NCBI GenBank assembly: GCA_965116925.1
Contig: OZ220744.1
Span: forward strand, 1,056,001-1,120,000
DNA from: Candidatus Poribacteria bacterium
GTDB lineage: Bacteria > Poribacteria > WGA-4E > PCPOR2b
Direction of reading: 5' to 3'
Length of the DNA stretch: 64,000 nucleotides
The translations under genes were made by a program, and so were the position numbers. Of the stretch, positions 19,675-28,589 are shown one piece after another (the stretch's first letter is position 1; every line of letters starts with the position of its first letter). The notes under the pieces were generated by a model that was given only the letters and a program-made list of their open reading frames with translations, was not told the DNA's origin and made no database searches.

Positions 19675-20409
19675 ATGCACTTAAAACATATACGTCCCTA
19701 CCAATTGAAAGAAGCTGTGGAAGATGGATATCCCTTACTTGTACCGGCAGGTTGCATTGAGACGCACGGTCCTCACATGGCGATTGGTCACGACACGATC
19801 ATCGTTGAAGAAATTTGCGCCCGGATCGCTGAAAAGACAAATGTCGTCATTGCCCCCTCGTTCGACTACGGTCCTACCGGCTACGCGCTCGGCGGCCCCG
19901 CCGATGGCACCATTGACCCAGATTACGCTGCGTTTGGCGGTCATGTCAAAGCGATTCTGAAAAATTTCCGCGAGATGGGTTTCAAGACCATTTACGTGAT
20001 TATTATGCACCAGGGCATGGAGGCACCGCTTGCGCTAGCATTCAAAAAGGCAGCGGCGGAGCTCGCCTTCGAGAGCATCTTGGAGCGGGGGTATCCGCAC
20101 GGCTGGTGGGGTGTGGAATCCATGAAGGACGAAGCGGGTCCCCTATCCGGTCATATTGAAGTTCAACCGATGATTCTGCCCGACGCATCGCCGCCGGCTG
20201 GCGGTGACCATGCGGGGTATAACGAAACCTCTTTTCTGCTAGCGACCCGTCCCGAATTGGTAGAACAAGATCGCTTGGACGACACGGCGCCTTGGTATTG
20301 CCGTCAAGATGAGGAGAAGAATAGCTGGACAGCCAACGCCGAACATGGACAGGCGATGGTGGATGCGGTCGTGGCGGCTTGGGTGGAAAAAATTATGTCC
20401 CGTTCGTGA
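19675..20409 (+). CDS. Creatininase family amidohydrolase
   Basis: P.GCIETHGPHMAIGHD, DHAG..ETS. Confidence 0.88.
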   Translation: MHLKHIRPYQLKEAVEDGYPLLVPAGCIETHGPHMAIGHDTIIVEEICARIAEKTNVVIAPSFDYGPTGYALGGPADGTIDPDYAAFGGHVKAILKNFREMGFKTIYVIIMHQGMEAPLALAFKKAAAELAFESILERGYPHGWWGVESMKDEAGPLSGHIEVQPMILPDASPPAGGDHAGYNETSFLLATRPELVEQDRLDDTAPWYCRQDEEKNSWTANAEHGQAMVDAVVAAWVEKIMSRS

Positions 20410-20460
20410 AGATTATTCCGCGTTATATCGGTGTTATTCTGTGTATAAGGTAAATGCCAA

Positions 20461-21870
20461 ATGACATTCGCAGATAAACAGATTACTGTCTTTGGACTCC
20501 ATCGCAGCGGCGTTGCTGTCGCCAAATTGCTAGATGATCTCGGTGCGAAGGTCCTTGTTACAGACCCAAAATCTAGCGATGAACTCCAAGCAGACATTGA
20601 TGCCCTAAAGGATCGAGACATTGATTTCATTCTTGGTGGTCACGATCAGCACTGCATCGAACAGGCGGATCTAATCGTCCTTTCGCCGGGAGTACCATTG
20701 GACCTCCCAATTCTGCAAGAAGCGCGCTCGACAGGTGTTCCAATCACTGGTGAACTAGAAGTTGCTGCTAGCCTTTGCGCTGCGCCGATAGTTGCAATTA
20801 CTGGTACAAAAGGCAAATCGACAACCACGATTTTAACAGCCGAACTTCTCAAGCGTGGAAATTTTCGTAGGGTTTGTACTGCGGGAAACATTGGTGTTCC
20901 GCTATCGAGCGAAGTTCAGGATTTAGCGGCTGAAGATCTTGTTGTCATCGAAGCCAGTAGTTTTCAGCTTGAAACGACCACACAGTTTCGACCGGTGGTG
21001 AGCGTTGTGCTGAATCTGTCGCGCGATCATCTAGACCGACACAAGACAATGGCTGCCTATCGAGCAGCAAAGTTGAAAATTTGCGTGAACCAAACATCGA
21101 CAGACTGGATTGTTCTGAATGCTTTGGATGAAGATGTTTTATCTTTTGGTGATGAGACACAGGCAAGAAGGGTTTACTTTACGGACACCACTACTGTCGA
21201 AATGGGCACGTATGTAAAAGATAACCAGATCTTTGCAAAGTGGGAGGGCGAATCTCACTGGATCTGTGATGTTGAAGACAGTCCTTTGCCCGGAAGGCAT
21301 AACATCCAAAATGTCCTTGCTGCCACGGCAGTTGGGCAGGTTTTCGGCATTTCACCAAACATGATGCGCTCCGCAATTTGCAATTTCACCCCTGCCGAGC
21401 ATCCTCCCCTTGAACACGCCTTTGAGCCGGTCAAGACAATTAATGGTATTCGCTTTATCAACGACTCCAAAGCCACCAATGTCGCTGCAGTCAAGGCAGC
21501 GATCGAATCGTTGTCAGATCCGATTATGTTAATTATGGGTGGATACGATAAGGGAAATAGTTATCAGCCGCTGATTGAGTGTGTCCGATCGAAGGTCAAG
21601 GGGCTAATCCTGCTGGGATCACACACCGGAATAATCCGAAACGCCCTTGCAGCGCATGTCGTTACACGGGATGCAGGGACAATGAGCGACGCTGTCGAAC
21701 TTGCTTACGCACACGCGGTGCCGGGCGATGTAGTGCTTTTATCACCAGCGAATGCAAGTTTTGATATGTTCACAGACTATAAGGCGCGTGGTCAAGCGTT
21801 TCGGGAGGCTGTTAATCACCTTGAATCGACAGAGACAACCTCAAAATCCGATATTCATCTGGACCAATGA
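20461..21870 (+). CDS. murD: UDP-MurNAc-L-Ala:D-Glu ligase
   Basis: SPGVP, ITGTKGKSTT, GNIG, EASSFQL, DHLDRH, NDSKATN, SPANASFD. Confidence 0.95.
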   Translation: MTFADKQITVFGLHRSGVAVAKLLDDLGAKVLVTDPKSSDELQADIDALKDRDIDFILGGHDQHCIEQADLIVLSPGVPLDLPILQEARSTGVPITGELEVAASLCAAPIVAITGTKGKSTTTILTAELLKRGNFRRVCTAGNIGVPLSSEVQDLAAEDLVVIEASSFQLETTTQFRPVVSVVLNLSRDHLDRHKTMAAYRAAKLKICVNQTSTDWIVLNALDEDVLSFGDETQARRVYFTDTTTVEMGTYVKDNQIFAKWEGESHWICDVEDSPLPGRHNIQNVLAATAVGQVFGISPNMMRSAICNFTPAEHPPLEHAFEPVKTINGIRFINDSKATNVAAVKAAIESLSDPIMLIMGGYDKGNSYQPLIECVRSKVKGLILLGSHTGIIRNALAAHVVTRDAGTMSDAVELAYAHAVPGDVVLLSPANASFDMFTDYKARGQAFREAVNHLESTETTSKSDIHLDQ

Positions 21871-22981
21871 TCCGATTAAAGGGGGGATAGATCATTTCCT
21901 ACTGTTCATCACGCTATGTCTCGTCGCAATCGGAATTGTGATGGTCTACAGCTCGAGCAACATGCTTGCTTATGAACTGTATAACGAAAACAGCTATCAT
22001 TATCTGAAGGCGCAGCTGCTCGCCTGCATGCTCGGATTGGTCAGCATGTTTGCCGCGTCATACTTCCCTTACCAATATTATCAAAAGTATGCTAAGTTGA
22101 TTTTAGTGCTATCATTAATTGGTTTGTTGTTGGTATTTTCTCCAATTGGGCTCAGCGTACGTTCAGCAGGTGGCATTATATTTCATCGGTGGATTCGGAT
22201 TGCGAACTTGCAGTTTCAGCCGGTTGAATTGACAAAACTTGGGTTAATAATTTATGTTTCTCATTTTCTCGTTAGCAAACGTGGTCAGATTCATAGGTTA
22301 ACCCGAGGCTTACTGCCAACCCTTTTTATCCTTTCGATTACATTTATCCTCTTATACAAGCAACCTGATTTTGGATCGGCGGTTCTATTAAGCCTATCAG
22401 TTCTTGTGCTACTATTTGTAGGCGGGGCGCGTCCATCACAGATTGTTCTTGTTGTTGGGATCGCCTGTTTTTTTATCTATTCATCAATCCAGGGTGATGT
22501 TTATAAAATGCAGCGGATTCACGGTTTTCTGAATTCGCTGAGGTTTCCTTATGAGGGGCACTATCAGGTTAACCAATCCTTAAATGCCCTTGCACTTGGT
22601 GGATTATTCGGGGCGGGCATCGGTAACAGTATTTTTAAACTTTTTCATCTCCCTTATCCACATACTGATTTCATCTTTGCGATTCTCGGTGAAGAGCTCG
22701 GTTTTATTGGTGTGGTTGGCATTATTACCCTGTTTATGTTGCTCATCTGGAGGGGTTTCCATATTGCTCAACATACCACGGATGCCTTTGGGAGTTTAAT
22801 TGCCATCGGAATTACCACACTCATTGGACTGCAAACGGTTGTTAACATGGGTGTGGTGACCGGCATGCTGCCTGTTAAAGGAATCACGCTGCCTTTCATA
22901 AGTTACGGTGGTTCATCACTCCTAGTCAGCTTGTTCAGTATCGGAATTTTGTTGAACATCTCGCGCGACATGAGTCAATAA
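21821..22981 (+). CDS. ftsW: Cell division SEDS glycosyltransferase
   Basis: MVYSSS, RWI, QPVE..K, QPDFG, LP.PHTDFIF, P.KGITLPFISYGGSS; start uncertain (TTG 21821 with GGAGG). Confidence 0.93.
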   Translation: MNRQRQPQNPIFIWTNDPIKGGIDHFLLFITLCLVAIGIVMVYSSSNMLAYELYNENSYHYLKAQLLACMLGLVSMFAASYFPYQYYQKYAKLILVLSLIGLLLVFSPIGLSVRSAGGIIFHRWIRIANLQFQPVELTKLGLIIYVSHFLVSKRGQIHRLTRGLLPTLFILSITFILLYKQPDFGSAVLLSLSVLVLLFVGGARPSQIVLVVGIACFFIYSSIQGDVYKMQRIHGFLNSLRFPYEGHYQVNQSLNALALGGLFGAGIGNSIFKLFHLPYPHTDFIFAILGEELGFIGVVGIITLFMLLIWRGFHIAQHTTDAFGSLIAIGITTLIGLQTVVNMGVVTGMLPVKGITLPFISYGGSSLLVSLFSIGILLNISRDMSQ

Positions 22982-23055
22982 CCTTGCCCTAAAGGAGAGG
23001 GCTCGTGCGAATCCCGATACCATCGTCTAGTGGATACAAAATGAGGTTTACGTTG

Positions 23056-24162
23056 ATGTCACGAATCGTGATTTCAGGGGGTGGTACCGGCGGTCACATC
23101 TATCCGGCAATCGGTATTGCTAAAGAACTAATACAACTTGATGTGGAGACCGAAGTTATTTTCATCGGCGGAGTAGACCGTCTCGAATCAACGCTGGTTC
23201 CACAGCACGGATTTCGGTTCCTGCCAATCTCCGTTGCAGGCTTCCCGCGCAAATTGACATGGGGGTGGATACCTGTTGTGTACAAGGTCTGTTCCGGTTT
23301 AGTGAAATCATTATGGCTGCTCAAAAGTCTAAAACCCCGTGTTGTAGTAGGAACAGGAGGTTATGTCTGTGGGCCCGTGTTGTTCGCAGCCGTGCTATTG
23401 GGCATACCGACGGTTATACAGGAGCAGAATGCTGCCCCCGGACTGACAAATCGCATTCTGGCACGCTGGGCAAAGGCGATCTATCTCTCGTTTGAAACTG
23501 CCGGTACACACTTTCCAACCGAGAAAACGACAGTGCTAGGTAATCCAATCCGCCGAACAATTGGAACAGCTGAACGAACCCGCGAAACTTACGATTCGCT
23601 TGGGCTAGACCCAGAACGAAAAACCGTGTTTGTGATGGGTGGAAGCCAAGGCGCACAGGCGATTAACCAAAATATGATGGATGCCCTAGATGAGTTAGTG
23701 CCATTCGACCAGCAGCTTCAATTCATCCATCAAACGGGAAAAGCTGATTACGAAACAGTCAAGGCGCATTATCAGAAATCATCACTTCGACATTTGGTAC
23801 AACCGTACTTTGATCCCATTGAAACAATTTACAGCATCGCTGATTTGATGGTATGTCGCGCCGGGGGCATGACAATCGCGGAAATCACCGCGTGTGGTAT
23901 TCCAGCGATTTTTATTCCTCTGCCAACTGCTGCCGGAGACCATCAGAGACTAAATGCCCAAGCGATTGCGGAGGCGGGTAGTGGTGTCGTGCTCGATCAA
24001 CGTACATTGACAGGACACAAACTCGCTGAAGAAATAATCAGAATTATGGACAATCCGGAGGAACAGCAAAGGATGGCAAATCAAAGTCGTCAGTTGGGCA
24101 ACCCGCACGCCGGGGAAGATATTGCCCAATCAATCTATTCTTTCGTGAAATCTAACCCCTAA
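23056..24162 (+). CDS. murG: Lipid II GlcNAc transferase
   Basis: GGGTGGHIYP, GGYV, EQN, GNP.R, GGSQGA, RAG, HQ..NA. Confidence 0.97.
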   Translation: MSRIVISGGGTGGHIYPAIGIAKELIQLDVETEVIFIGGVDRLESTLVPQHGFRFLPISVAGFPRKLTWGWIPVVYKVCSGLVKSLWLLKSLKPRVVVGTGGYVCGPVLFAAVLLGIPTVIQEQNAAPGLTNRILARWAKAIYLSFETAGTHFPTEKTTVLGNPIRRTIGTAERTRETYDSLGLDPERKTVFVMGGSQGAQAINQNMMDALDELVPFDQQLQFIHQTGKADYETVKAHYQKSSLRHLVQPYFDPIETIYSIADLMVCRAGGMTIAEITACGIPAIFIPLPTAAGDHQRLNAQAIAEAGSGVVLDQRTLTGHKLAEEIIRIMDNPEEQQRMANQSRQLGNPHAGEDIAQSIYSFVKSNP

Positions 24163-24175
24163 ATTTAGAAAGTTT

Positions 24176-25570
24176 ATGTCTATGTTTGGAAAAACTCGTC
24201 ATATTCACATCATTGGTATTGGGGGTGTTGGACTCAGTGGAATTGCTGAGATCCTACTAAACCTCGATTTTCAGGTCTCTGGATCCGATTTACGCGAAAC
24301 GGAAGTCACCGATCGTTTGGTAGCATTAGGTGCGGATGTTTATTGCGGTCATGCCGCCGAACAGATCACTAGCGCAGATGTTGTGGTGATGTCTCCTGCC
24401 GTTTCGCTCCAGAATCCTGAGGTGGTTGCAGCGAAGGAACGCAAGATTCCTGTGATTCGCGGTGCAGAGATGCTCGCGGAGATTATGCGAATGAAGTTCA
24501 GCGTCGCGGTGAGTGGTACGCACGGAAAAACCACCACAACCGCGATGACGGCGGCGGTACTAGATCAACTGGATCCAACGGTTGTTGTTGGCGGGAAATT
24601 GGTCAGTTTGGGCAGCCATGCTCGGATTGGGCAGGGAGAAATGATGGTAGTTGAGGCGGACGAAGCTTACGGCTCCATCGAGAAATTCTTCCCAACAATT
24701 GCGGTGGTCACATCGGTTGATGCCGATCATCTTGACTATTATAACAGTGTTGAAGAGATTGGTGAGACATTTCTGGAATTCATCAACAAGGTGCCGTTTT
24801 ACGGCACTGCGGTGTTATGCTTGGATCAGGAAAACATACAGCAGCTGATTCCCCGAATCGAAAAACGCTATGTAACGTATGGAATCGAAACGCGCGCGGA
24901 CCTGATAGCAGAGCGATTAAGTATTGATGGTCCAACTTCTCACTACCGTGTCCATGTGCACGGAGAAGTCTTGGGCGAGATTCATCTTAAAATGCCGGGA
25001 AACCATAATATCTTAAACTCATTGGCAGCGGTCGCTGTTGGATTGGAGCTGGGCGTGCCATTTGACTCGATTCGAGCAGCTTTGGAGTCTTTTCGCGGCG
25101 TTCATCGTCGTTTTGAAATTATTGGTCAGGTCAACGATATCATTGTAGTCGATGATTATGCACACAATCCTGCAAAATTAAAGGCAACCTTTCAAGCTGC
25201 CCGTGAAAGCTATAATCGTCGTATCGTTGCTGTTTTTCAGCCACACCGTTATCAGCGAGTGAAACATCTTGCTGAAGAGTTTTCGAGGTCATTCTATCAA
25301 ACGGATGTTCTCATCGTCAGTTCGATTTATGGGGCCGGAGAAGCCCCTGTCGAAGGAGTGACCGCGGAAAAACTAGCACATGCCATACAAGCACACGGAC
25401 ATCGGCATGTGATTTATGTTCCTGAGAAAAACAAAATCACGGAAACTCTGGTAAATATAGTTCGTCCGAATGATATTGTTATCACAGTTGGAGCAGGCGA
25501 TATCTGGCAAGTTGGTCGTGAGTTATTGGAAAATCTTGGCGGAGCCAATGAAATGCTAAACAATGGTTGA
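24176..25570 (+). CDS. murC: UDP-MurNAc:L-Ala ligase
   Basis: IGIGGVGLSG, GTHGKTTT, EADE, DHLD, RRFE, DDYAH, FQPHRY, GAGD. Confidence 0.97.
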   Translation: MSMFGKTRHIHIIGIGGVGLSGIAEILLNLDFQVSGSDLRETEVTDRLVALGADVYCGHAAEQITSADVVVMSPAVSLQNPEVVAAKERKIPVIRGAEMLAEIMRMKFSVAVSGTHGKTTTTAMTAAVLDQLDPTVVVGGKLVSLGSHARIGQGEMMVVEADEAYGSIEKFFPTIAVVTSVDADHLDYYNSVEEIGETFLEFINKVPFYGTAVLCLDQENIQQLIPRIEKRYVTYGIETRADLIAERLSIDGPTSHYRVHVHGEVLGEIHLKMPGNHNILNSLAAVAVGLELGVPFDSIRAALESFRGVHRRFEIIGQVNDIIVVDDYAHNPAKLKATFQAARESYNRRIVAVFQPHRYQRVKHLAEEFSRSFYQTDVLIVSSIYGAGEAPVEGVTAEKLAHAIQAHGHRHVIYVPEKNKITETLVNIVRPNDIVITVGAGDIWQVGRELLENLGGANEMLNNG

Positions 25571-25786
25571 ACAGAATGTTCTTGCGATTCATGGCTGTTC
25601 AGCATAAAATATCCTAGATTTTCGGTTTGATAGCCTCTCGCGTTATCCGCAAGAGAAAATGGGTTAATCCTAGCAGAGAGGTCTTTCAAATGGGTATACT
25701 ACGAGATATTGTGTGTTTTTTGTTAAAAATATACAAAAAAAATTGTGCCCAGAGTACGATTTGGGGCAAATTCCGTTAATTTTTAG

Positions 25787-25815
25787 TTGATATTTGCAAT
25801 TGTTTGTCGTATAAT
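25787..25815 (+). promoter_or_regulatory. Sigma70 promoter for the RHH gene (near-leaderless transcript)
   Basis: TTGATA-17 nt-TATAAT; ATG only 10 nt downstream, no SD. Confidence 0.7.
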
Positions 25816-25825
25816 CAATTACATC

Positions 25826-26017
25826 ATGGCAAAACAAATTGTACAATTTCGTTTGGATAAGGACTTGCACGATTTCGTGAAGAAATATGCCGAGTTGAAG
25901 CGTATGTCTATCAGTCAGGTCATACGGCTTTGCGTCCTTGATTTTTACGAAGAACATCAAGACGAAGAAGATCTAGTGGAGGTGGAGGATGTTTCTGACT
26001 CGACAAATCAAGGTTAA
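25826..26017 (+). CDS. Ribbon-helix-helix (CopG/Arc-like) DNA-binding protein
   Basis: MAKQIVQFRLDKDLHDFVKKYAELKRMSISQVIR: alternating beta strand, two helices, S.S..IR; acidic tail. Confidence 0.75.
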   Translation: MAKQIVQFRLDKDLHDFVKKYAELKRMSISQVIRLCVLDFYEEHQDEEDLVEVEDVSDSTNQG

Positions 26018-26084
26018 GCCTGACGATGCAGCCAAGATTCCGGCACAAGAAAACAGACGAATCTGCTCGAGAATGAATTTGTAG
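25989..26084 (+). pseudogene. Possible N-terminal remnant of an IS200/IS605 TnpB
   Basis: GGAGG RBS plus MFLTRQIKVKPDDAAKIPAQENRRICSRMNL*, resembling a TnpB N-terminus; overlaps the RHH 3' end. Confidence 0.35.
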
Positions 26085-26265
26085 TGTCGGCACCGGGGTA
26101 GCCGTGCAACCAACCTTCGGAACGAGATGTAGGATTTTATGATAAATTCTGCTGTCGGAATTATAACCCCTTCTAGAGGTATCCAAATCGAGATGTTACA
26201 ACAGTTGTCTTTTTTGCGGCTCGCGAGCAGGCTTTTGTTTTTTATGGATGGTTACATACTAACAT

Positions 26266-27129
26266 GTGCATGCGCTAGGTATAGATTTCGTGCAATCTTT
26301 ATCATGTCAATCTTCCAATCAATTTAAAGCGCGTCTAATTGCGGCACCTGAAAAATCCCCGCGCCGCGTCGGGCGTTATTTAACAATTAGTATAACATGT
26401 GTGATTGGACTACTTTTCATTCACTATTCGACATTAAAGGTTGGCTTTTTTCGTGTGAAGGAAATTTCCGTTTCTGGCAATGAGCATTATACCCAAAAAG
26501 AAGTGATTGCCGCTTTAGATTTAAGTTCTCACCAGAGTGATGTGCATACCATTTCAAGGGCTGTAGTTGAACAACGTCTGAAACAAAAACTCAGTTACGT
26601 CAAACAAGCGCATCTTTCAAAAAGCATTCTGAAACGTTCTTTGACGCTTGAAATAACCGAAAGAAAACCAATTGCATTGTTGGAATATCCCGAAAATAGC
26701 CCGATTCGCTTTGTACTGGTTGATCTTGAAGGTTATGTGTTAGAATATATCGAATCGCTGCCGGCTTCCAGTTCGATCGTTACGATTGTCAGTCCTGAAC
26801 AGCAAGTGCCTAGTATGGGAGATCGAGTGGAGGTTGATAGCATTCAACTTGCCCTCAACGTGCTAAATTTGGCTTTGAGACTGGCTCCGGAAATTATACC
26901 TACGCTACAAACAATTGATACAAATCGACCAGATAAGATTACTCTCCAATTTAGCAATCTCCCTATCGTATGGATTTCATCAGATTTTATTGAAACTGGC
27001 ATTTATCATATTGGCTTATTTATAAAAGATCAAACGACGCTTATGGAGAAAGGGCAACATACTTCAAATCCTCTTGATGGTTATTTGGACGCTAGATTCA
27101 AAGACGCCATATATTGGGGAGGACGATAA
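26266..27129 (+). CDS. ftsQ: Cell division protein FtsQ/DivIB
   Basis: TM, POTRA (FFRVKEISVSGN), LEITERKP.A, VD.EG, YLDARF; directly upstream of ftsA; start uncertain. Confidence 0.85.
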   Translation: MHALGIDFVQSLSCQSSNQFKARLIAAPEKSPRRVGRYLTISITCVIGLLFIHYSTLKVGFFRVKEISVSGNEHYTQKEVIAALDLSSHQSDVHTISRAVVEQRLKQKLSYVKQAHLSKSILKRSLTLEITERKPIALLEYPENSPIRFVLVDLEGYVLEYIESLPASSSIVTIVSPEQQVPSMGDRVEVDSIQLALNVLNLALRLAPEIIPTLQTIDTNRPDKITLQFSNLPIVWISSDFIETGIYHIGLFIKDQTTLMEKGQHTSNPLDGYLDARFKDAIYWGGR

Positions 27130-27130
27130 A

Positions 27131-28372
27131 ATGGCTGGAGAAGAAATTATTGTTGGCCTAGACATCGGCACTAGCAAAATTGCTGCGATTATCGGGAATA
27201 CTTGGCAGGGCGATCCGGAAAAAATTGAGATTATAGGTGTTGGGACCGCCCCTTCTGAAGGATTACGGAAGGGAGTTGTTGTCGACATAGATCTCACCAC
27301 AACGGCGATTCGTCAAGCCGTTGAAACCGCTGAACTCATGGCAGGCGTGCAGATTGGATCTGTATATGCCGGCATCGCAGGAGGGCATATCACCGGGCAA
27401 ACCTCTCACGGTCTCGTTGCCGTTTCAGGAGAAGGTCACGAGATTACACAATCCGATGTAGAACGCGCAATCAATGCTGCCCAAGCAATGAAGATTCCTG
27501 TTGAACGGGAAATACTCCATGTGATTCCGCAAGGCTTTATTGTTGACGAACAGAACGGAATTAAGGATCCGGTCGGGATGTCTGGGGTTCGTCTTGAAGC
27601 CTATGTTCATATTATTACCGGTGCCGTTGCGTCGGCACAGAACCTTGTGAAAAGTATCTATAATGCCGGGATTTCCGTTGAAGACATTATTTTAGAACCT
27701 ATTGCTTCTGCTGAGGCGGTCCTAACGCCTGAGGAGAAGTCAGTGGGTGTTGCTCTCGCCGACATGGGTGGAGGTACCACAGATGTTGTCATTTACAAAG
27801 ATGGTACACTTCATCATTCCGCAGTGCTCTCACTTGGCGGTCATCATATCACCAATGACATTGCACAACTGTTAAAGATAACGCCACAAGATGCAGACAA
27901 AATTAAACTGCGCTACGGTTGTGCATCGGTTGACTTTGTGGATCAGAATGATGCTATTCCAATTTCAACGGTTGGGGGAGTACACAAACCGCGTTTCATC
28001 ACTCGACGAGATTTGGCAGAGATTATTCAGTGTCGTATGGACGAATTCTTAAATCTAATTGGTCAGGAAATCTACAACTGCAACCTCACCATTCCGGCTG
28101 GAGTGGTACTTACCGGTGGGACTGCGCTTCTTGATGGACTGCTGGAATCAGCCGAACAGGCTTTTCCCTCTCCAGTGCGGGTTGGATACCCGTGCCCACT
28201 GAAGGGATTAACGGAAAAAATACATAGTCCAGTCTATGCAACAGGTGTTGGACTTGTTCTTGCCGGGGCGATGGAGCATTATCGGGCCCCCAAAAGAACC
28301 TTTATCAAAGGAACGAACCTGTTCGATCAAATTTTCAAACGCATGAAACGTTGGTTCCAAGACTGGTTGTAA
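27131..28372 (+). CDS. ftsA: Cell division protein FtsA
   Basis: GLDIGTSK, GLRKGVVVDI, DPVGMSGVRLE, DMGGGTTD, VLTGG, C-terminal amphipathic helix. Confidence 0.98.
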   Translation: MAGEEIIVGLDIGTSKIAAIIGNTWQGDPEKIEIIGVGTAPSEGLRKGVVVDIDLTTTAIRQAVETAELMAGVQIGSVYAGIAGGHITGQTSHGLVAVSGEGHEITQSDVERAINAAQAMKIPVEREILHVIPQGFIVDEQNGIKDPVGMSGVRLEAYVHIITGAVASAQNLVKSIYNAGISVEDIILEPIASAEAVLTPEEKSVGVALADMGGGTTDVVIYKDGTLHHSAVLSLGGHHITNDIAQLLKITPQDADKIKLRYGCASVDFVDQNDAIPISTVGGVHKPRFITRRDLAEIIQCRMDEFLNLIGQEIYNCNLTIPAGVVLTGGTALLDGLLESAEQAFPSPVRVGYPCPLKGLTEKIHSPVYATGVGLVLAGAMEHYRAPKRTFIKGTNLFDQIFKRMKRWFQDWL

Positions 28373-28415
28373 TAGCAAGATATGGTTGAGGTTTTGTAGT
28401 GTCCGCAAAAAAGTG

Positions 28416-28444
28416 TTGACTTTAATTTGGTGGCTCTCTATAAT
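28416..28444 (+). promoter_or_regulatory. Sigma70 promoter for ftsZ
   Basis: TTGACT-17 nt-TATAAT. Confidence 0.8.
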
Positions 28445-28589
28445 CTGAAGATAGGGTGTAGGTCGAAATGTTTCGTGCATCTTCCGTAATTTGCGGAGGT
28501 GTCGCTTTACACTAACATCTTGATACTCGGGCGCGCTCAAAACAAGGAGGAATTAGGTTGCTCCGTCGATAGGAGTACAACTGAAAGTT

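Noticed and set aside
20461..21870. MurD2/MurL L-Glu pathway suggested by GTKGKST
   Set aside because: No murL nearby and the D-Glu-binding motifs look canonical
26085..26135. tRNA or known ncRNA in the murC-ftsQ insert
   Set aside because: No cloverleaf, T-loop or recognisable family consensus; kept only as part of the TnpB-relic hypothesis
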